25,564 bases of DNA from Candidatus Baldrarchaeum yapensis (GTDB lineage Archaea; Asgardarchaeota; Baldrarchaeia; Baldrarchaeales; Baldrarchaeaceae): contig JAEOSH010000027.1 in the NCBI GenBank assembly GCA_016840465.1, positions 1 through 25,564 on the forward strand, given 5' to 3'. The translations under genes were made by a program, and so were the position numbers. Below the pieces are notes generated by a model. The model was not told the origin of the DNA and did no database searches. It saw only the letters and a list, made by a program, of their open reading frames with translations. Shown piece after piece: positions 17,210-24,621 of this stretch. How positions within the stretch are numbered: the stretch's first letter is position 1; every line of letters begins with the position of its first letter.

Positions 17210-18394
17210 TTAGAAGTGCAGTTTAATAAGTCTCTGTATCTGAGTAAGTGCATCGCACAAAATGTCAATATCCTCTTCGGTATTGAAGAAATGCAAACAG
17301 GCTCTTACCATGTTCTTAACGGGCCTTACAACAACTCTTCTTAGAGAATACAGCGCGGTGACCACGAGAACCGCAGGAATATTCGACGAAAATGTTATGA
17401 ATCCATTTCTCCTCTCTAAATCTGTCGGACCCTCTATTTTTACTCCCGGGATTTTCCCTAAACTCTCCATAGCATATTCCATTAGCGACATGTTGTACCT
17501 TCTGATCTCCGCGACTCCTCCTACCTCCTTTTCTATGTAGTCAAGCGCTGCGCCCAATCCAATTATGCCAATGTAGTTCAAGGTCGTAGTTTCAAACGAA
17601 TAGGGCGGAAGGTACTCGTCGTCCTCGATAACATTGCCGGTCTCCATCCCAAGTACTATTGGCTCGCCTATCACTAAAGGTTCCAGCAAATCCGCCCGTT
17701 TCTCATTAAAGTACAAAAGCCCAACACCCTGAGGTCCACATAACGCCTTATGACCGCAGAAGGCATAAAAATCGCATCTTATTCGTTTTACATCTACTGG
17801 GAAATATCCAACCGCCTGGGCGCCATCCAATAAGTACAATATATTGTACTCCTCCGCAATCTTACCTATTTCCTCCGCGGGAATTATAGATCCGTCAATG
17901 TAGGATGCATGGCACATCGAAATCAACTTCGTCTTCTCATCTATGGCCTTTTCAACATCAGCAGGATCTACTACGCCATCGCTTCTCGACTTTACGATAA
18001 TAACTTCAATACCATACTTTTTCTCAAGATGTTTCCAGATCCTCATATTGCTTGGATATTCTTTGTCATTGATTATTACTTTGTCCCCTTTTTCCCACTT
18101 TATGGATTTTATAACTAGATTCATGGCTTCCATCGTGCAACGCGTAAAGGCAATTTCTGTGGGCGACGCACCTATCAATCTCGCAATCCGTCCCCTAACG
18201 CGCTCCTTTTCCCGCAAAACGTCACATAGGAGATCGTAGGTTGCAGGACCCTTCAAGCTACATTCTTCTAGGTATTCCTCCATTGCCTCGACGACTGGTA
18301 CGGGCATCGGACCGTAGAATCCCGTATTTAAGTAGACATATTTGCTTGTTAAGGGGAAATCCTCACGGATTCTCTCAACATCCATCTCTTTCAT
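17210..18394 (-). CDS. Class V PLP-dependent enzyme (cysteine/cystine lyase- or CefD-like; SufS-like fold without the persulfide cysteine loop)
   Basis: IREDFPL..YVYLNTGFYGP, LDGAQAVG, PLP lysine in FCGHKALCGPQG, C-terminal RACLHFFNTEED. No RxGxHCA motif. Confidence 0.8.
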   Translation of the reverse strand: MKEMDVERIREDFPLTSKYVYLNTGFYGPMPVPVVEAMEEYLEECSLKGPATYDLLCDVLREKERVRGRIARLIGASPTEIAFTRCTMEAMNLVIKSIKWEKGDKVIINDKEYPSNMRIWKHLEKKYGIEVIIVKSRSDGVVDPADVEKAIDEKTKLISMCHASYIDGSIIPAEEIGKIAEEYNILYLLDGAQAVGYFPVDVKRIRCDFYAFCGHKALCGPQGVGLLYFNEKRADLLEPLVIGEPIVLGMETGNVIEDDEYLPPYSFETTTLNYIGIIGLGAALDYIEKEVGGVAEIRRYNMSLMEYAMESLGKIPGVKIEGPTDLERRNGFITFSSNIPAVLVVTALYSLRRVVVRPVKNMVRACLHFFNTEEDIDILCDALTQIQRLIKLHF

Positions 18395-18564
18395 CTCCTG
18401 TACAATTGTATACTACTCATACGACCGGCGTTCACATATCAGTTTCGCCATCTTCAATCTTCACATTCCTCGACTGTCCGAGTCTGTTGCACTACCTATG
18501 AGGGAGGAATCCTACAATGATAATCCTAATTAGTGTAGGAGAGAGTAAAGATAAGGGGGATCTC

Positions 18565-19992
18565 ATGAAAGATTTGCTTATAAAAACGGTGGAATTCGGC
18601 CAGAAACTCGGCGCAACGTACGCGGAGATTAGGTTGCAGGAAATTTACAAGACAGTGATTTCAACCAAGGACGGAAGAGTGGAAGTCGTGACTGAGGGTC
18701 TAGAGACCGGAGCCGGGATAAGAGTGCTGGTGGATGGAGCATGGGGATTCTCTACAGTTTCCGGGACAAGTAAGGAGACATTAATGGAGGGTATGGAAAA
18801 AGCCGTAAAAATGGCTAGAGCAGCGAGTAAAAGCATTAAGGAGAAAATAGAATTGGCAGATGTAAAGGCCGTAGAGGATAAGGTGAAAGTAAAACCCAAA
18901 GTTGACCCACGCGACGTTTCACCTGAGGAGAAGGTCGACTTGCTCTTAAAGTTGGATTCTACACTTTTCAGCATTAGCAATTCGATAAAGAGCTGCACGA
19001 TAGACTACGCGGACATCATTGGTACGCAGTACTTTGCATCCAGTGACGGAACCTATATAGAACAGGATAAGCTTTACGTTTGGTCGAGAATATTTGCATC
19101 AGCAAGGGAAGGGGATATATTTGCAAGTGGACGTGAAGAGTTTGGTTCGACAGCGGGATTTGTAATTTGGAGACAAAATCCACCTGAAGAGGTTGCAAGG
19201 AGGCTCGGGGAAAGACTTTTGATGCAGTTAAAGGCAAAGACTCCAAAGGGAGGAGCATTCCCCGTAGTCATGGGACCCAATGTGGTGGGAGTTTTTGCTC
19301 ACGAGGCTTTTGGGCATCTCGCCGAGGCCGACCTTACATATGCTGGTAGTGTTATTAAGGATCTGATAGGAAAGCAGGTGGCAAGCCCACTGATCACAAT
19401 AATCGACGATGGAACCCTTGAAGGAGGGTTCGGGTCTTTCCGGTACGATGATGAGGGCGTACCGGCTCAAAAAACGATTCTCGTGAAAGACGGCGTAGTC
19501 GTATCATTGATGTTTAACCGAGAATACACTGCTAAGTTTCAGAAAATTGTAGAAGGGCTTCCGGAAGATATCAGAGAAACATTTGAGGTAAAACTTACGG
19601 GAAATGCAAGAGCGGAGGACTTTCGGGTACCTCCATTGATAAGGATGCGTAATACGTACATTAAACCCGGGGATTACAGTTTTGAAGAGTTATTAGAGGG
19701 CATAAAGTTCGGTTACTATGTCAAGTACTTCAGAGGAGGGCAGGCGAACCTCGATGGGACTTTTCAAGTTGGGATTCAGGAGGCTTATGAAATCGTCAAT
19801 GGAGAGATAGGAGACCCCGTTAGAAACATGTCAATATCTGGAAATACTCTTGAAACGCTGAAAAAGGTAGATGCTGTCGGAAAAGACTTTGAAGTGGGGG
19901 CAGGACGATGTGGAAAGGGACAAACGGCATTCGTTGGCGATGGTGGTCCACATGTGAGAGTGAAGGAATTAATAGTGGGAGGTGAAATGTAA
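18565..19992 (+). CDS. tldD: TldD metalloprotease, catalytic subunit
   Basis: GAGIRV..DGAWGFS, HEAFGH (HExxxH) at 19300-19317, YDDEG, TGNARA, P.IRMRNTY, CGKGQ..VGDGGPH. Start ATG 18565 after a GGGGGA SD; the track starts at 18517. Confidence 0.92.
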   Translation: MKDLLIKTVEFGQKLGATYAEIRLQEIYKTVISTKDGRVEVVTEGLETGAGIRVLVDGAWGFSTVSGTSKETLMEGMEKAVKMARAASKSIKEKIELADVKAVEDKVKVKPKVDPRDVSPEEKVDLLLKLDSTLFSISNSIKSCTIDYADIIGTQYFASSDGTYIEQDKLYVWSRIFASAREGDIFASGREEFGSTAGFVIWRQNPPEEVARRLGERLLMQLKAKTPKGGAFPVVMGPNVVGVFAHEAFGHLAEADLTYAGSVIKDLIGKQVASPLITIIDDGTLEGGFGSFRYDDEGVPAQKTILVKDGVVVSLMFNREYTAKFQKIVEGLPEDIRETFEVKLTGNARAEDFRVPPLIRMRNTYIKPGDYSFEELLEGIKFGYYVKYFRGGQANLDGTFQVGIQEAYEIVNGEIGDPVRNMSISGNTLETLKKVDAVGKDFEVGAGRCGKGQTAFVGDGGPHVRVKELIVGGEM

Positions 19993-21365
19993 TGAGGGAC
20001 GACTTGATTGATATTGGAGAGTTAGGAGTCTCAGAGGCGTTGAAGAGGGGAGCAACTGAGGTCGAGGCGTATATTTCCTGGGGTAGAAGCTTAGGAGTGA
20101 AAATAGAGCATGGACAGATATCCTTTTCGACCGTTGGAATAGACAATGGAATAGGGATAAGAGTCGCAGTCGGCAAGAGAGTGGGATTCGCTTATGCAAA
20201 TTCTCTTTCTCCAGATAAGGTGAAGGAGGTCGCTGAGAGGGCTGTATCGGCAGCAAAAGCTAGTCGAGAGGATAAGGACTGGAGGGGCTTGCCTGAGCCC
20301 AGGACCCTCCCTACCGTCGAGGACGTTTTCGATGACAGGATTATTAAGATGGATGTTGACGAGGTTTCCGAGATCGCTAAAAGGATGTTAGACTCGGCGC
20401 TTGAATATGATAAGCGCGTAATTCCAATAAACGGTGGGGTTTCGGTTTCCTACGGAACAGTAGCTATTGTTAATAGCAAAGGTATAAGGGTGGAGGAAAA
20501 GGGAACCTTAATTTATGCCGGACTTGCAACGATCGCCAGGGATGGCACGAAGGTTTCGCCCGTCTGCTATGAAACTGATCATAGTAGAGTACTAAAAATA
20601 GATCCGGAATGGGTGGGTAGGGAGGCTGCAAGACTTGCAGTTGAGGCCCTTAAGACAGAGAAAGTAAGTCCCGGTAGGTACCCCGTGATATTCGATCAGG
20701 AGGCGCTTTCAGAGCTATGGGAATACACATTAACAAAAGCCGTTCAAGCGGACTTCGTTCAGAGGGATAGATCGGCGCTGAAGGGGAAATTGGGAGAACA
20801 AGTCGCCTCGGAGATTCTCACAATAATAGATGACGGTATAAGGAGAGGAGGTTATAACACTGGAAGCTTCGATGGAGAGGGAGTACCATCACAACGTACG
20901 GTTATAATAGAGTCCGGTATTCTTCGCGGCTATCTGTATGATAATTACACAGCAAAAAAGGAGAACAGATCCAGTACGGGTAATGCCGCCCGATCGCCAC
21001 AGTATGGTCCCGTTGCAGTTGATTATGCATCAACCCCGTCGATCGCTCCAACGAATTTTACTGTGATCGAGGGAGACTTTAAGGTTGATGAAATGATTTC
21101 GGAGATCAAGGAGGGCTTTTATGTCAGGGGGATTCAAGGGGCCCATTCGAGTAACCCCGAGAGCGGAGAAATAAGCGTAGTTGCAACACCTTGCTGGAAG
21201 ATAGAAAGGGGAGAAGTAAAACACGCAGTGCAGGGAGCAATGATTGCAGGAAACATGTTTGAGATGTTAAAGAGAATTGCCGGTATTGCGAATAATACCA
21301 GACAGTTCTTCTACTTAGTATCACCGTGGATTATGGTGGAGAATGTACGAATTGTCTCGAAATGA
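19992..21365 (+). CDS. pmbA: TldE/PmbA, non-catalytic partner of TldD
   Basis: GIGIRVAVGKRVGFA, PGRYPVIF, FDGEGVP, STGNAAR, GAHSSNPESGEISV; no HExxxH; TAATG overlap with tldD. Confidence 0.9.
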   Translation: MRDDLIDIGELGVSEALKRGATEVEAYISWGRSLGVKIEHGQISFSTVGIDNGIGIRVAVGKRVGFAYANSLSPDKVKEVAERAVSAAKASREDKDWRGLPEPRTLPTVEDVFDDRIIKMDVDEVSEIAKRMLDSALEYDKRVIPINGGVSVSYGTVAIVNSKGIRVEEKGTLIYAGLATIARDGTKVSPVCYETDHSRVLKIDPEWVGREAARLAVEALKTEKVSPGRYPVIFDQEALSELWEYTLTKAVQADFVQRDRSALKGKLGEQVASEILTIIDDGIRRGGYNTGSFDGEGVPSQRTVIIESGILRGYLYDNYTAKKENRSSTGNAARSPQYGPVAVDYASTPSIAPTNFTVIEGDFKVDEMISEIKEGFYVRGIQGAHSSNPESGEISVVATPCWKIERGEVKHAVQGAMIAGNMFEMLKRIAGIANNTRQFFYLVSPWIMVENVRIVSK

Positions 21366-21508
21366 TCCATCGGCAAATCTTCTCTTTAACTCGCTATATA
21401 TACGTGTTTACGGGAAGCAATGACCTGTCAAAACGACTGTGATCTCAACAGGAAAGTTTTTATGTCAGCATCCCGCATACTCCTTAACACTCTCAGGCGG
21501 TTTAAAAA

Positions 21509-21970
21509 TTGAGTGAAGAGTTTGTTAAAGTCAAAGTATTCGATGTAGTGAATCTAATGACCCCATATGGGCCAGTACCCGCAATTTTACTCGAAGATGA
21601 GCAAGAACGTATTCTTCCCATACTCGTTGGGGAAATGGTCGCCGTAAGCATAAAATCTTCCCTCACAGGGCAAAGTAGCGAGGGTACACGTGATACTTGG
21701 GAACTCATGCACAACATTGTGGCCTTCTGCAAGGGAGAAATAGAGAAGGCGGTGATTTATGGAATCGAGGAAAATAGATTCCTAGCAAAAATGTATCTTA
21801 AGCATGGAAGTGAAATGACAGAGATAGAATGCCGGCCCAGTGACCTTATCGCCCTTGCAATAAGATCTGGATGCCCCATATTAATTTCGTCGGAACTCAT
21901 GGATTCCATGAGCATAAACAAGTCGCAACTTCTGAGAAGAGGAGAAGAAGAGGATAAAGAATCCGGCTAA
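21509..21970 (+). CDS. DUF151 / bifunctional-nuclease-domain protein (divergent)
   Basis: PAILLEDEQERILPILVG, FLAKMYL, IECRPSDLIALAIRSGCPILI match the DUF151 pattern (xRPSDAIALA..xxPI). Confidence 0.82.
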   Translation: MSEEFVKVKVFDVVNLMTPYGPVPAILLEDEQERILPILVGEMVAVSIKSSLTGQSSEGTRDTWELMHNIVAFCKGEIEKAVIYGIEENRFLAKMYLKHGSEMTEIECRPSDLIALAIRSGCPILISSELMDSMSINKSQLLRRGEEEDKESG

Positions 21971-21975
21971 TACCA

Positions 21976-21993
21976 ACTTTTTCTCTTTATTTT
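21976..21993 (+). terminator. T-rich archaeal-type terminator candidate
   Basis: ACTTTTTCTCTTTATTTT just after the stop codon at 21970. Confidence 0.4.
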
Positions 21994-22088
21994 GAATATT
22001 CGCAAAAGATTGCTCATGAAATTGTCTATTTATGGGCAGATAAAACACTATTTGCTTATCAATGATTTAAAAGAGATATATCGCGATT

Positions 22089-22134
22089 GGAAACAATTAT
22101 ATGACTCTTTGTTAATGTTTAAACTTAAAGGTGA
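22089..22134 (+). promoter_or_regulatory. BRE/TATA and SD of the coiled-coil gene
   Basis: GGAAAC-AA-TTATATGA (TATA 22097-22104); GGTGA at 22130-22134, 5 nt before ATG 22140. Confidence 0.45.
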
Positions 22135-22139
22135 GAATT

Positions 22140-22745
22140 ATGTCTGAAGAAGTTGAAAAAGAAAAGAGTACAACTTTTGAGGAAATAAAAAGTGCCATCG
22201 AAGAGTTGAAGGTTTCGGTGACAAGATTATCCAGTAGAATTCGTGAACTTGAGGATGTTATTTCAAATATAGCCGCAGAGGTTGGTAAAACTGTAGGTGA
22301 GGCCGTCGTAAATGCAGTTAGTTCCGTGGTTAAAGAGCTAAAGGAACTCATCGATAACGTAAAGAACGTAACCGAGGAGTTTCGTGATTCCTTCAAACAG
22401 ATGTTCGATACCATTGAGAAAAACATAGATGAAATAGCACGGAAAGATACTATCCAGAAATATATGGACGAGGTACGAAATCTCGTAAATTTGAAGGTCA
22501 CCGAGTTAATAATTGGGCTAAACATGCTAAGAGCTGCTGCTCCTCAACAAGTCGTGACTATTCAACCGCCTCAGCCCCAAACCTCATCACAAACACCTAC
22601 AGTAGTAAGTAGCGCCCCTCCCAGCACCGGAGCAACGCCCTCATCTCCCCCAATGATGCCAGCACAGGAGGCTAGAGGAGAGGAAGAGGAAGAAAAAGAG
22701 GGAGAACATCTATTAAGACCGTCGAGGATATTCAGAAGGGAGTAA
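22140..22745 (+). CDS. Hypothetical coiled-coil protein with a P/Q/S/T-rich linker, an acidic stretch and a short basic C-terminal motif
   Basis: About 130 aa of amphipathic heptad-like helix, then AAAPQQVVTIQPPQPQTSSQTPTVVSSAPPSTGATPSSPPMMP, EEEEEKE and RPSRIFRRE. It has its own SD and TATA. Start ATG 22140 (track 22131). Confidence 0.8.
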   Translation: MSEEVEKEKSTTFEEIKSAIEELKVSVTRLSSRIRELEDVISNIAAEVGKTVGEAVVNAVSSVVKELKELIDNVKNVTEEFRDSFKQMFDTIEKNIDEIARKDTIQKYMDEVRNLVNLKVTELIIGLNMLRAAAPQQVVTIQPPQPQTSSQTPTVVSSAPPSTGATPSSPPMMPAQEARGEEEEEKEGEHLLRPSRIFRRE

Positions 22746-22756
22746 ATAAATCGAAT

Positions 22757-23524
22757 CTATAACGAGAATTTTATCTCTTTTTCCAGAATTTTATCGTCTA
22801 CTCTAAGCGAGCGCAGGATCTTACCTTCCCTTATTGCTTTAACTCTAAGCTCTGACGAGGGCAAACCCTTTAATTCCTCGGGTATTATTATTCTCTCTAC
22901 TATAATGGTATTTCTTAACATCAATTCTTTAGCGTCACCCTCGATCTCCTCTGCAAAATCAGGAATCACCTCGCTGATTATCAGGTCTTTTACTTCGGAG
23001 CTTACAGGAACTTTTGCACTGCAGAATTTTATTTTCTTCTCGATGGTCGTCTCCACCTCCTCTTTCCACGAGGGTAACGTCTTCCGGCACTTAAGCGTGA
23101 CTTTTGCCTCATCAGTGTATGTAAACGATAGTAGGAGATAGCATCGCGTACTCAGGCCTTCATATAGTCGTAAGAGTTCGGAAACCGGAATCTTACCGCT
23201 AACATTGTATTTAAGAAGCACGCCGCTCTTTCTCCCGGTTTTCACAGACAAACCTAAGCCTTTAAGATACGACCTTATATCCTCTGGCGAGAATACGTTT
23301 CCGGATACATCGACGTTTGCGTCCGGAGGCAGAGATTTTAACGCTAAGAATCCTATGAGATCCTCATATAAGAAACTGCCCTCTAAGGTTATCGCGGATC
23401 TTCGTTCGACAACATGAATTGCGGGACCATCGAACGTGCCCTTGCCGTATCGCAACATCCTCTTCTTGACGAAATCATCCGTTTTACCCGTGACTAACTT
23501 CGTCAGAAAGTGCTTATACCCCAT
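22757..23524 (-). CDS. Conserved hypothetical archaeal protein (no function assignable)
   Basis: 255-aa ORF with an AGGTG SD before ATG 23524. The motifs RYGKGTF, GSFLYED and IIIP...R..AIREGKILR resemble an uncharacterised family I recall from Asgard/DPANN genomes (not verified). Confidence 0.75.
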   Translation of the reverse strand: MGYKHFLTKLVTGKTDDFVKKRMLRYGKGTFDGPAIHVVERRSAITLEGSFLYEDLIGFLALKSLPPDANVDVSGNVFSPEDIRSYLKGLGLSVKTGRKSGVLLKYNVSGKIPVSELLRLYEGLSTRCYLLLSFTYTDEAKVTLKCRKTLPSWKEEVETTIEKKIKFCSAKVPVSSEVKDLIISEVIPDFAEEIEGDAKELMLRNTIIVERIIIPEELKGLPSSELRVKAIREGKILRSLRVDDKILEKEIKFSL

Positions 23525-23583
23525 AGTCGCCACCTAAGCGAAATTGAAACCAAGAACTTCACAGAGTTTTTCGTAAGATCTGG

Positions 23584-23644
23584 TTGATAAACCTTTTATT
23601 CATACCATTATGACTCTATATGGCACCTGAAAAACGCTTATAAG
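23584..23644. promoter_or_regulatory. Back-to-back BRE/TATA promoters for the divergent genes
   Basis: Minus strand GAATAAAAGG-TTTATCAA (TATA 23584-23591); plus strand GAAAAACGC-TTATAAG (23629-23644). Confidence 0.5.
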
Positions 23645-23678
23645 GAGCATCACAGCAGTGCTATTGAGGTGTTCCTTT

Positions 23679-24167
23679 TTGGCCGAAATACGGGTAGTGA
23701 AAATAGAAATAATGTTCCCATCTTCGCCACTATATCTTCCGTCTCTACTTCTAAGACTTGAAGATGGCAGTGAGTTTCCACTATTCTCCATTCCATTCGC
23801 AACCACAATTGCAATTGCAAAGATATTGTTCGGTAGAAGGATCATAAGTGATGTTCGTGAGAGTTTCGAAGAAGTACTTATAGATATGTCGGATGTTAGG
23901 GATGTTCTTAGAAAGAAAGTTAAAAAAGTCGTTATAGATAGGCTCGATGCTAATAATAGATTCTACGCGACGGTTATCGTGGATGAAAATGGCACAGAAA
24001 AGAGATTGATAATGGTGCCCTCATCTGCGATACTCTTAGCATTAATGGCCGATGCTGATATATTCATCGATAGTCTGCTGTTAGGAATTGTTAGAAGAAA
24101 AGAAAGAGAGGAAGAAGAGGAGACAGAAGAGGAAGAAAAGAAAGGTCCTCGCGAGTTTTATATATGA
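23679..24167 (+). CDS. Second, more degenerate DUF151-like protein with an acidic tail ending in FYI
   Basis: PSLLLRLEDG, KVKKVVIDRL..NNRFYATVIV and MVPSSAILLALMADADIFI (aligns by eye with RPSDAIALA..xxPIYV). Start TTG 23679 with GAGGTG SD at 23666-23671; the track starts at 23658. Confidence 0.65.
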   Translation: MAEIRVVKIEIMFPSSPLYLPSLLLRLEDGSEFPLFSIPFATTIAIAKILFGRRIISDVRESFEEVLIDMSDVRDVLRKKVKKVVIDRLDANNRFYATVIVDENGTEKRLIMVPSSAILLALMADADIFIDSLLLGIVRRKEREEEEETEEEEKKGPREFYI

Positions 24168-24176
24168 CCCGACCCG

Positions 24177-24611
24177 CTACTTCATCTTCTCTAATTTTTC
24201 TAACGCCTTGGCAACTCCGTGTATAATTGCTTGGGGTCTCGGCGGACATCCTGGTACATAGACATCCACGGGTATTACTTGATCCAGTGGCCCAGTCACT
24301 GCGTAACTGCCAGCAAAGACCCCACCAGAAATTGTACAAGTTCCCACTCCAATTACTGCGACTGGTTTTGGTACCAATTCGTACAGTCTCTTAAGTCTAT
24401 CTCTTATTTGTTGAGTAACTGGTCCTGTAACCATTAAAATATCCGCATGTCTTGGCGATGCCACTTGGAGAATTCCCAGTCTTTCGACATCAAAGCGCGG
24501 AGTTAGTGCTGCGACTATCTCGATGTCGCAACCATTACAGCCACCAGTAGGCACATGTAGGATCCAAGGAGACTTTTTGCGGCCCCATTTTCTGAGCCCC
24601 ACCTCACACAC
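24177..24611 (-). CDS. Group-4 [NiFe]-hydrogenase-type / NuoB-like Fe-S small subunit (MbhJ/HycG/EchC-like)
   Basis: SPWILH..GGCNGCDIEI, FDVERLG, SPRHADIL.VTGPVT, GTCTISGGVF, VDVYVPGCPPRP. Spaced CxxC rather than the adjacent CC of NuoB. Confidence 0.88.
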   Translation of the reverse strand: MCEVGLRKWGRKKSPWILHVPTGGCNGCDIEIVAALTPRFDVERLGILQVASPRHADILMVTGPVTQQIRDRLKRLYELVPKPVAVIGVGTCTISGGVFAGSYAVTGPLDQVIPVDVYVPGCPPRPQAIIHGVAKALEKLEKMK

Positions 24612-24621
24612 CCCCTACCAT

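Noticed and set aside
17210-18394. Calling the PLP enzyme sufS/iscS
   Set aside because: The catalytic cysteine loop is absent and no suf/isc genes are nearby.
18498-18533. 11-codon ORF MREESYNDNPN upstream of tldD as a possible TldDE-processed precursor peptide
   Set aside because: No SD, no RiPP-like composition and no modifying enzymes (e.g. YcaO, radical SAM) in the window.
24177-24611. Calling the small subunit nuoB
   Set aside because: It has the spaced CNGC motif of group-4 hydrogenase small subunits, not the adjacent CC of NuoB.
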